From the NCBI GenBank assembly GCA_015490465.1, contig WFXS01000105.1, positions 1 through 18,562 of the forward strand: a stretch of DNA of 18,562 bases, in the 5' to 3' direction. Position 1 is the first letter of the stretch. Each line of letters begins with the position of its first letter. Below, piece by piece: positions 7,425 through 14,191 of this stretch. The stretch is from a candidate division WOR-3 bacterium. Lineage in GTDB: Bacteria; Hydrothermota; Hydrothermia; LBFQ01. The notes under the pieces are model-generated. The model was not told the DNA's origin. It did no database searches and worked only from the letters and a program-made list of their open reading frames with translations. Both the position numbers and the translations under genes were made by a program.

Positions 7425-8503
7425 ACCGTAGAGGAAACCTCCACCCGCGCCGTTTCGGATCCGGAGACGGGGACCATCTCTATCGTGCCACCCCCTATGA
7501 GGACGTCTCCGAGGTAGAAGGCCGCCCCCTGACCGGGTGCGGGGGCGAATACCGGTTCGTAGAACTCTACGTCCGCCATATCCCCGACAACCACCACCCT
7601 CGCCCTCCTCGGCCTCGCCATGGCCCTGACCTGCACCTCCGCCTCAAACTCCTCAGCAGGGACGTAGTGCCAGTTCACGTCCATTACCCGCATACGGCGC
7701 ACAAGTACGTCCTCGTAGTCACCGAGGATGACGTCGTTCCCTATTATGGCCTTCACGTAGACCCTCTTGCCGAGAGATACACCGAGACCTCTCCTCTGGC
7801 CGACGGTGAAGTTGTGGGCGCCCGTATGGTACCCTACGACCTCTCCCCTGTATATGAACCGGCCCGGCCTACCCCTGACACCCGCCCTCTTAAGGAAGTC
7901 CCTGTAATCACCGTGTACGAAGCACAGGTCCTGAGACTCCGGCCGCTTCGCCGTGGGTAGACCGTGCCTCAGGGCCAGATCCCTCACCTCCTCCTTACTC
8001 ATACCCCCGACCGGGAACAGGAAGCGGGGTATCCAGTCGGCGGGGATCCTGAAGAGGAAGTAGGACTGGTCCTTGCGGAAATCGGGCCCTCTCCTCAGGA
8101 GTTCAACGCCCTCTACAACAGCCTTGCGCACATAGTGGCCCGTGGCCACGAAGTCCGCCCCTATATCGTCGGCGAAGTCAAACAGGGCCTTCAACTTGTA
8201 GTCTCTGTTACAGAAGAGACAGGGGTTAGGTGTGCGCCCACGGGAGTACTCGCGGACGAAGTAGCCTACTATGTCCCTCCTGAACCCCCCGGAATAGTCA
8301 ACGGTGTAGAAGGGAATGCCGAGCTTTACGGCCACCCTCCTCGCTATATGAATGGCGGATATGCTACAACAGGAGTTGGGGTTCTCACTCTCCGGATTGA
8401 GGAGTACGCTTACACCCACCACCTCGTACCCGGCCTCCTTCAATAGAAGGGCGGATACGGAACTGTCCACCCCACCCGAGAGTCCTACCACCACCTTCCT
8501 CAT
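7421..8503 (-). CDS. mnmA: tRNA-specific 2-thiouridylase MnmA.
   Basis: It carries the PP-loop VGLSGGVDSS plus the CLFCN and ATGHY motifs. The start was chosen at the internal ATG (MRKVVVGLSGG) because the longer ORF would run through the tRNA gene. An AAGGTG SD-like sequence lies just upstream. Confidence 0.88.
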   Translation of the reverse strand: MRKVVVGLSGGVDSSVSALLLKEAGYEVVGVSVLLNPESENPNSCCSISAIHIARRVAVKLGIPFYTVDYSGGFRRDIVGYFVREYSRGRTPNPCLFCNRDYKLKALFDFADDIGADFVATGHYVRKAVVEGVELLRRGPDFRKDQSYFLFRIPADWIPRFLFPVGGMSKEEVRDLALRHGLPTAKRPESQDLCFVHGDYRDFLKRAGVRGRPGRFIYRGEVVGYHTGAHNFTVGQRRGLGVSLGKRVYVKAIIGNDVILGDYEDVLVRRMRVMDVNWHYVPAEEFEAEVQVRAMARPRRARVVVVGDMADVEFYEPVFAPAPGQGAAFYLGDVLIGGGTIEMVPVSGSETARVEVSSTV

Positions 8504-8521
8504 CTTCACCTTTAAAAAAAG

Positions 8522-8593
8522 AGCGGGAGACGGGATTCGAACCCGCGACCCCCTGCATGGCAAGCAGGTGCTCTACCACTGAGCTACTCCCGC
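8522..8593 (-). tRNA. tRNA-Gly (anticodon GCC), 72 nt. CCA is not encoded.
   Basis: Manual fold of GCGGGAG-TA-GCTC-AGTGGTA-GAGC-A-CCTGC-TTGCCAT-GCAGG-GGGTC-GCGGG-TTCGAAT-CCCGT-CTCCCGC-T shows a 7-bp acceptor stem, D arm, anticodon loop with GCC, TPsiC loop TTCGAAT and discriminator U. A T7 tract follows the 3' end. Confidence 0.9.
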
Positions 8594-8602
8594 CTGAGGT
8601 GT

Positions 8603-8610
8603 ATATTATA
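8603..8610 (-). promoter_or_regulatory. -10 region (TATAAT/TAATAT) 9-11 nt upstream of the tRNA-Gly 5' end.
   Basis: The minus strand reads GGCTATATAATATACACCTCAG followed by the tRNA 5' end GCGGGAG. Confidence 0.45.
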
Positions 8611-8628
8611 TAGCCGAAACGTACCCTG

Positions 8629-9642
8629 CTACAGGGGTACGAGGGACTGGGCTATCACGGAGGCCCTGTGGTCCCACGTAGGAAAGCCTTCGGCGGAGAT
8701 GCGGGCGGATTCTGACATGGACTCCCGGAGGATGGGGTCCGTCGCCAGCCTTACGGTGTAGTGGGCGAACTCCTCCAGGTCAAAGTTCCCGGCTATGAAA
8801 CCGTTCCATCCGCTCCTTACGATCTCGTCCGTCGTATGGGCCTTAAAGGCCACCACCGGCACACCCATAGATAGGGACTCCACGACGACGGCCGTCTTGT
8901 TCCCGTAGAGGTAGGGGGCGAGGACGAAATCAACGGCGGAGTAGAAGAGGTTCATCCTATCGTAGGGTAGAGGGTCAAGGATAAACACTCTGCCCGGCTC
9001 CCTTTCAGCCAGTTCCCTTATGGATGGCAGGAGGGGACCGTCCCCTATTACGGCGAGGCGGTACGTTCCGCGGGAGAGACGGTATATCTCCGGAAGGAAG
9101 TGCGCCCCTTTGAGCTTGTTCAACGCTCCCGCAAAACCCCCGATGGGACCGTTCAACGGAAGGCCGAGTTCCTTCCTCGCCTCTACTTTGTCAACGCGGT
9201 CCCACGGTGGCCGTGGCACGGGAAGGAGGAGATAAGGTCTGTCGTACCTATGGGCTATCAGCTCCCCCCCTGATCCGTCGTCCGTGATGAGATAGAGGTC
9301 CGCCCCACCCTTGAACGCCCTGTCCACGGCCCGGTACCTCCAGCGGTGGAGGGGCATGAAAACCTTCCGGAGGGGGAAGTACTCAAAGACGCCGTATATC
9401 GCCACTACGAACTTTCTGGCACCGACCTTTTTGAGGAGTTTTTTGGCATGGGGGTAGGCCCTCTCCGACTGAGCGAAAACGACGTCGTACTCCCCTTTCG
9501 GTGGCCTTTCGCCCACGTCTATGACGTCGTACTGGAAGAAACCCTGAATCTTCTTCTTCAGAAACTTCACCTCCGGGAACCGTTTCACCTCTCCTTCCCA
9601 ATCCTCAACCCACGGAGTAACGACCAACAACCGATAGCTCAT
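8629..9642 (-). CDS. Glycosyltransferase, family 4 (GT-B fold, group 1).
   Basis: The C-terminal region …VVESLSMGVPVVAF…DEIVRSGWNGFIA… matches the GT4 E-x7-E region. The start was chosen at MSYRLLVV (9642), whose ATG overlaps the TGA of the upstream ORF (ATGA). Confidence 0.8.
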   Translation of the reverse strand: MSYRLLVVTPWVEDWEGEVKRFPEVKFLKKKIQGFFQYDVIDVGERPPKGEYDVVFAQSERAYPHAKKLLKKVGARKFVVAIYGVFEYFPLRKVFMPLHRWRYRAVDRAFKGGADLYLITDDGSGGELIAHRYDRPYLLLPVPRPPWDRVDKVEARKELGLPLNGPIGGFAGALNKLKGAHFLPEIYRLSRGTYRLAVIGDGPLLPSIRELAEREPGRVFILDPLPYDRMNLFYSAVDFVLAPYLYGNKTAVVVESLSMGVPVVAFKAHTTDEIVRSGWNGFIAGNFDLEEFAHYTVRLATDPILRESMSESARISAEGFPTWDHRASVIAQSLVPL

Positions 9643-10028
9643 TGTTGAAGGGACACCATTACGGCTACCAATCCACCGATGACTGCCAGACCGCATCCGC
9701 TGGCGGATGCCACAACCTCACCGAGGCGTGCTTTCCAGTTACTCTGACGATCCAGCTCCCTGAGAACGGCCTCCTCAAAGTAATCCGGCGTGTTGTCCGG
9801 CAACTTCAGCGCTATGGGTGTCCTGTACCACGCCTTATAACCGGAGGGCATAAGGATGTACCACCTCTTATGGTACAGGAGGTACACTCCGCTGGAGTCC
9901 CTGTAAAGTTGAACATCGTAGTAATCGCCTTTGCTATCCTTGTATATCCTCCTGGCCAGTTTTCTGGCAAGGTGGTACCAGTAGGCGGTATCTGCGGGAG
10001 ATGCCGACAGGAAGAGGAGTGCTAACAT
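9639..10028 (-). CDS. Hypothetical small exported protein (129 aa) with an N-terminal signal peptide and a C-terminal hydrophobic anchor.
   Basis: MLALLFLSASPADTAYW is signal-like. The body is Tyr/Trp-rich. The C-terminus GCGLAVIGGLVAVMVSLQQ is a TM segment. A TATAAT at 10039-10044 lies upstream, and the gene is translationally coupled to the GT4 gene. Confidence 0.55.
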   Translation of the reverse strand: MLALLFLSASPADTAYWYHLARKLARRIYKDSKGDYYDVQLYRDSSGVYLLYHKRWYILMPSGYKAWYRTPIALKLPDNTPDYFEEAVLRELDRQSNWKARLGEVVASASGCGLAVIGGLVAVMVSLQQ

Positions 10029-10038
10029 GGGAGGGTGT

Positions 10039-10044
10039 ATTATA
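10039..10044 (-). promoter_or_regulatory. -10 box TATAAT, 10 nt upstream of the ATG at 10028 (minus strand).
   Basis: The minus strand reads CCCTATAATACACCCTCCC-ATG. Confidence 0.4.
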
Positions 10045-10070
10045 GGGTTGATATGGACGATAAATCCCCA

Positions 10071-10076
10071 TAGAAT
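10071..10076 (+). promoter_or_regulatory. -10 box TAGAAT, 10 nt upstream of the ATG at 10087.
   Basis: The plus strand reads CCCATAGAATAGTTCCTTCT-ATG in a 58-bp divergent intergenic region. Confidence 0.35.
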
Positions 10077-10086
10077 AGTTCCTTCT

Positions 10087-10908
10087 ATGCGAAAATTCCT
10101 TTTTCTTGCAGCGGTAGGTATCTCTTCCGCCTCGTGCGCTCAGATAGAGTCCGGCGAGATGGGGGTAAAAAGTACCTTCGGCGTGATAGATAAGAACGAA
10201 CTTCCCCCCGGTATACACTTCTTCATGCCGGGAGTGCAGAGTATATACGTTGTACCCGTCTACGACCTGACCATAGACTTCGTATCGGAGGAGAGTCGGA
10301 AGGAAGGTCTGGATCCCATAGACGCCCTCTCAAAGGACGGTCTGCCAGTGATAATTGAGGCCACGGTCAGGTACGCCCTCGTACCAGATCAGGTCGCCGA
10401 ACTCATGATAGACTACGGCCGTCCCCTACCCCTGACCGTTGAGAGGAAACTGGTCATACCCACGGTGCGATCGGAGATAAGGGACGCCGTATCTCAGTAC
10501 AAGACGAGCGAAATCTACAGTATGCGGGAGAACTTCTCCACCCTCCTCAGGGAGGCCCTTATAAAGGCGTTGAGTACGGAAGGCCGTATAGACGTGAAGG
10601 ACGTTTACATACGCAAGATAAAGTTCCCCGAGAAGTTCCTTGAGGCCATAGAGAAGAAGCAGATAGCCCAGCAGGAGGCTGAGAGGATGAAGTACGTACT
10701 TGAGAAGGAGAAGTTGGAGGCCGAGAGGAAGAAGATAGAGGCTCAGGGTATAGCCGAAGCACAGAGGATAATAGCCCGTCAGTTGACCAACCAGTACCTC
10801 ACGTGGAAGTACCTTGAGGTTCTCAAGAGGTTCGCCGAGAGCGAGAACAACACCATTATCGTGGCCCCTTACGATCAGAAGCTCACACCCCTTTTGAACG
10901 TGAGGTGA
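10087..10908 (+). CDS. SPFH/band-7 (prohibitin/HflC-like) domain lipoprotein.
   Basis: MRKFLFLAAVGISSASC is a signal peptide with a lipobox. An SPFH-like core is followed by a coiled-coil region (IAQQEAERMKYVLEKEKLEAERKKIEAQGIAEAQRIIA). The start was chosen at 10087 rather than the ORF-track ATG at 10027, which overlaps the divergent gene. Confidence 0.75.
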   Translation: MRKFLFLAAVGISSASCAQIESGEMGVKSTFGVIDKNELPPGIHFFMPGVQSIYVVPVYDLTIDFVSEESRKEGLDPIDALSKDGLPVIIEATVRYALVPDQVAELMIDYGRPLPLTVERKLVIPTVRSEIRDAVSQYKTSEIYSMRENFSTLLREALIKALSTEGRIDVKDVYIRKIKFPEKFLEAIEKKQIAQQEAERMKYVLEKEKLEAERKKIEAQGIAEAQRIIARQLTNQYLTWKYLEVLKRFAESENNTIIVAPYDQKLTPLLNVR

Positions 10909-11876
10909 TGGGACAGCTGAACAGGATACTCTATCCGCTGCTTTTCATGGTGTTCGTGATAGCGGTGGGTACGGCCGGATACGTCTTCATAGAGGATATG
11001 CGACCGTTTGACGCCCTCTACATGACCGTAATAACCATATCCACCGTGGGATTCAGTGAGGTCAAACCTCTGAGCGACGCCGGCAGGCTATGGACGATAC
11101 TCGTGATCCTGTTCGGATGGGGTACGATAAGCGTTCTGATCACCCGTATCTTCGGGGTGGTGGTGGAGAGGGAATTCACCCAGCTTTTTCGTATGAGGAG
11201 GAGAAGAATGAAAAACCTGAAGGACCATTTCATAGTATGCGGGTTCGGACGTATGGGCAGGAAGGCGGCGGACTTTCTCGCCAAGAACGGAAGGGACTTC
11301 GTGATAATAGACATCAAGGGGGAGAGGGTGCAGGATGCCATAGATATGGGATACCTCGCCATAGAGGGGGACGCTACGGAGGAGGAGATCCTCAAGAAGG
11401 CGGGGATTGAGAGGGCGAAGGGACTGGCTTCCCTGCTGGACTCCGATCACGCCAACCTTTACGTTGTCCTGAACGCGAGGAGCCTGAACCCCGATATGCT
11501 GATCGTGTCCTCCGCCCTTACGGAGAAAGGGGGGAAACTCATAAAGAAGGCGGGGGCCGACAGGGTAATACTCCCCTTTGAGTGGGCGGGGGTAAGGATA
11601 GGACGGTTTCTGGTACAGCCCGTTGTAAGTAATTTCCTGGACGTTTATCAGATGAGGGTGGAGGAGATCGTTCTGGGTCCGGACTCCCCCTTCGTGGGTA
11701 AGAGCCTGAAGGAGCTCTCCCTATCAAGGAAGTACGGGGTTTACGTCATAGCCATTCTCCGGGGGGAGCAGGTGATACTACCACCCGATCCGGACCTCCC
11801 ACTTCAGGAAGGGGACGTCCTTCTGGTCATAGGTAAGACGGAGAGTCTCAGAAAAGTTGAGGGTCTGGCCGCTTAA
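10908..11876 (+). CDS. Two-TM potassium-channel-like protein with RCK (TrkA-N/TrkA-C) domains, MthK-like. The selectivity filter TVGFS is non-canonical.
   Basis: M1 is followed by the pore helix and filter TISTVGFSE (canonical TVGYG), then M2, then the Rossmann motif FIVCGFGRMGRKAADFL (TrkA-N) and a TrkA-C-like C-terminus. The start overlaps the SPFH stop (TGATG). Confidence 0.75.
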   Translation: MGQLNRILYPLLFMVFVIAVGTAGYVFIEDMRPFDALYMTVITISTVGFSEVKPLSDAGRLWTILVILFGWGTISVLITRIFGVVVEREFTQLFRMRRRRMKNLKDHFIVCGFGRMGRKAADFLAKNGRDFVIIDIKGERVQDAIDMGYLAIEGDATEEEILKKAGIERAKGLASLLDSDHANLYVVLNARSLNPDMLIVSSALTEKGGKLIKKAGADRVILPFEWAGVRIGRFLVQPVVSNFLDVYQMRVEEIVLGPDSPFVGKSLKELSLSRKYGVYVIAILRGEQVILPPDPDLPLQEGDVLLVIGKTESLRKVEGLAA

Positions 11877-11884
11877 AGCACCGG

Positions 11885-11890
11885 TATAAT
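11885..11890 (+). promoter_or_regulatory. -10 box TATAAT, 8 nt upstream of the acyl-CoA dehydrogenase ATG. It is embedded in the near-palindrome CCGGTATAATACCGG.
   Basis: The plus strand reads CCGGTATAATACCGGCCT-ATG. Confidence 0.45.
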
Positions 11891-11898
11891 ACCGGCCT

Positions 11899-13083
11899 AT
11901 GTACGACTTTTACCTATTAGATGAGGAACTAACGCCGGAGGAGAGACAGATACGGGACGTTGTCAGGGAGTTCGTCAGGAAGGAGATCCTGCCCAACATC
12001 GGGGAGTGGTGGCTGAAGGGGGAGTTCCCCACGCACCTTATAAGGGTTTTCGGTGAGATGGGACTGCTCGGCATAACCACGCCAGAGGAGTACGGTGGTC
12101 TCGGTTTGAGTAAGAGGATATACGGTATAGTGGCGAGGGAGCTGGAGTACGGGGACTCCGGGATAAGGAGTTTCGTCTCCGTCCAGAATTCTCTGGTGAT
12201 GTACCCCATCCTGACCTTCGGGAGTGAGGAGCAGAGGAGGAAGTACCTTCCCAAACTGGCCACGGGGGAACTGGTAGGATGTTTCGGATTAACGGAGGCC
12301 GACGCCGGCTCCGACCCCGGTTCCATGAAGACGAGGGCCAGAAAGGTACAGGGCGGGTACGTCCTGAACGGATCCAAGATGTGGATAACCAACGGCTCCA
12401 TAGCGGACATAGCCGTAGTCTGGGCGAAGGACGACGAGGGTGTTATAAGGGGGTTCATCGTTGAGAGGGACTTTAAAGGTTTCAGTACGCAGGACATAAA
12501 GACGAAGATCTCCTTAAGGGCTTCCGTGACGTCCGAGCTCATCTTTGAAGACGTATTCGTACCGGAGGAGAACGTCCTTCCCAACGCGAGGGGCCTGAAA
12601 TCTCCCCTGATGTGCCTGACGCAGGCCAGATACGGAATAGCGTGGGGAGGTGTGGGGGTAGGTATGGCCGTTCTGGACGAGGCCATATCCTACGCAAAGG
12701 AGAGGATCGTTTTTGGCAAACCCCTCACCCACTACCAGATAACTCAGGAGAAATTCGCCGATATGCTCGCCGATCTCACCAAGATACAGTTGATGGTTTA
12801 CCGTCTGGCCGACCTGATGGACTCAGGCCGGGCCAACTTCCGCCACGTCTCTCTGGCCAAGAGGGAGGCCGTACGTACGGCGAAACGTATGGCGGAGAAG
12901 GCGAGAGGTATCCTTGGAGCCAACGGTATAACCACGGAGTACCACGCCATGAGGCACATGGCCAACATGGAGGCGGTTGAGACCTACGAGGGGACCTACG
13001 AGGTCCATACGCTCATCCTCGGTGAGTACATAACCGGCGTACCGGCCTACCGGATATGCGATGAGGAGATATGCGGCGACTGA
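11899..13083 (+). CDS. Acyl-CoA dehydrogenase (glutaryl-CoA dehydrogenase-like).
   Basis: The length fits the ACAD N, middle and C domains. The FGLTEADAGSDPGS block and the C-terminal YEGTYEVHTLILGEY region, with its catalytic-Glu context, are typical of ACADs. Confidence 0.88.
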   Translation: MYDFYLLDEELTPEERQIRDVVREFVRKEILPNIGEWWLKGEFPTHLIRVFGEMGLLGITTPEEYGGLGLSKRIYGIVARELEYGDSGIRSFVSVQNSLVMYPILTFGSEEQRRKYLPKLATGELVGCFGLTEADAGSDPGSMKTRARKVQGGYVLNGSKMWITNGSIADIAVVWAKDDEGVIRGFIVERDFKGFSTQDIKTKISLRASVTSELIFEDVFVPEENVLPNARGLKSPLMCLTQARYGIAWGGVGVGMAVLDEAISYAKERIVFGKPLTHYQITQEKFADMLADLTKIQLMVYRLADLMDSGRANFRHVSLAKREAVRTAKRMAEKARGILGANGITTEYHAMRHMANMEAVETYEGTYEVHTLILGEYITGVPAYRICDEEICGD

Positions 13084-13091
13084 TCCGCCTT

Positions 13092-13097
13092 TAAAAT
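13092..13097 (+). promoter_or_regulatory. -10 box TAAAAT, 7 nt upstream of the ATG at 13105.
   Basis: The plus strand reads CCTTTAAAATCACGTCT-ATG. Confidence 0.35.
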
Positions 13098-13104
13098 CAC
13101 GTCT

Positions 13105-14139
13105 ATGTTGTTGTGGCTCGTTCTCTCCGGAGGGGATACCGCACAGGTAAAGGAGGTGTTGGTTGAGGGTGTGGCCTCCTACGAGGAGGAGAGGAAAGAC
13201 GTGGCCCGCGATAGGGCCATAAAGGACGCCCTCAGGAAGGCCGTTGAGCAGGGTGTCGGCACCTTCATATCTTCCGAAACCGTGGTTGAGAACTACGAGG
13301 TACTGAAGGACAGGATATACTCCAGAGCCGACGGGTACGTCAGCGAGTACAGGGTACTGAGAGAGAAGGTGGAGGACGGACTTTACAGGGTACTGGTAAG
13401 GGCGAAGGTCAAGCTCGGTGATATAAAGAGGGACCTTCAGGCCATAGGGATACTGATTGAGAGGAGGGGTAGGCCGAGGATGATGGTCCTCGTTGACGAT
13501 CCCGACGTACGTTCCATGATTGAAGAGAAACTCCTGTCCATGAAGTTCCCGGTAGTGGACTACGAGGTGGTGGCCAGAAATACCGAAAGGGACGTCCTTG
13601 ATGCTGCACTGAAGGGGAACCGTAAACTCGCCCGCAAGGTCGCCATGAGGAACGGAGCCGAAGTCTACGTCGTGGGCGATGTGGACACGGAGGAGGGTAG
13701 GTACAGGGGTAAAAAAGTTTACAGGGTGAACCTGCGCCTTAAAGCGGTTGAAACGGCCACGGGTGAGCTTCTGGCGAGCGTCTTCGTGAACAGGAAACTC
13801 CCCTTTGACGAAACGGAGGCAAAGAGGGCTGCAGTTGACGAAGCCGTAGACCGCCTCACCGACGCCATCCTGTCCCGCTGGAAGGAGGGAGTGGTCGTGG
13901 TTCACCTCAAGGTGGAGGGTATAAGGCCCACGAAGGTCAACGATCTGAAGGAGGCGCTTTACAGGAGCGTACGGGGAGTTAAGGGGATATACGAGAGGGA
14001 GAACTACGGGAGGTACGTCCTCTTTGAGATCTCTACGGACACCAGCCCTCAGGAGGTTTTAGACGATATACGGAGGATAAAGGGACTGAAGGTCGTGGAG
14101 TACGAGGGTCAGAGCATACGGGCCAGATACGTACGCTGA
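13105..14139 (+). CDS. Hypothetical periplasmic protein with an LPP20/FlgT-N/TolB-N-like domain pattern.
   Basis: The N-domain motif EGVASYEEERKDVARDRAIKDALRKAVEQGVGTFISSETVVENYEV…YRVLVRAKV matches the LPP20-like pattern. The second domain (…KLARKVAMRNGAEVYVVGDVDTEEG…YRVNLRLKAVETATGELLAS) resembles TolB-N/LpoB-like scaffold domains. The N-terminal hydrophobic stretch is short (MLLWLVLSGG). Confidence 0.55.
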   Translation: MLLWLVLSGGDTAQVKEVLVEGVASYEEERKDVARDRAIKDALRKAVEQGVGTFISSETVVENYEVLKDRIYSRADGYVSEYRVLREKVEDGLYRVLVRAKVKLGDIKRDLQAIGILIERRGRPRMMVLVDDPDVRSMIEEKLLSMKFPVVDYEVVARNTERDVLDAALKGNRKLARKVAMRNGAEVYVVGDVDTEEGRYRGKKVYRVNLRLKAVETATGELLASVFVNRKLPFDETEAKRAAVDEAVDRLTDAILSRWKEGVVVVHLKVEGIRPTKVNDLKEALYRSVRGVKGIYERENYGRYVLFEISTDTSPQEVLDDIRRIKGLKVVEYEGQSIRARYVR

Positions 14140-14177
14140 TTTCTCCCCCGGCTTAGAGGTGGACGGGAGTACACCAG

Positions 14178-14183
14178 TATAAT
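14178..14183 (+). promoter_or_regulatory. -10 box TATAAT, 8 nt upstream of the TPR lipoprotein ATG.
   Basis: The plus strand reads CCAGTATAATACCCGCCT-ATG. This is a near-identical 21-mer to the acd promoter. Confidence 0.45.
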
Positions 14184-14191
14184 ACCCGCCT

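Noticed and set aside
8504-8563. Longer mnmA ORF starting at 8563 (MPCRGSRVRIPSPALFLKVK…).
   Set aside because: The extension is simply the reverse complement of the tRNA-Gly gene read in frame. The real start is the internal ATG at 8503, just before the PP-loop.
10027-10086. Upstream ATG at 10027 as the start of the SPFH protein (MGGCIIGLIW…).
   Set aside because: It overlaps the start codon of the divergent minus-strand gene and would place the TAGAAT and TATAAT boxes inside coding sequence. The ATG at 10087 gives a canonical lipoprotein signal peptide.
11881-11895. Palindrome CCGGTATaATACCGG read as a transcription-factor operator.
   Set aside because: The near-identical copy at 14174-14188 (CCAGTATAATACCCG) breaks the symmetry. 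The conserved part is the -10 region and the spacer to the ATG, so a promoter consensus explains it without invoking an operator. It is kept as a note in the promoter finding.
11910-13905. Minus-strand ORFs 11910..12686 (258 aa) and 12823..13905 (360 aa) antisense to the acyl-CoA dehydrogenase and LPP20-like genes.
   Set aside because: They overlap well-supported plus-strand genes with strong family motifs. Their translations are low-complexity, there is no promoter box, and they cross a gene boundary.
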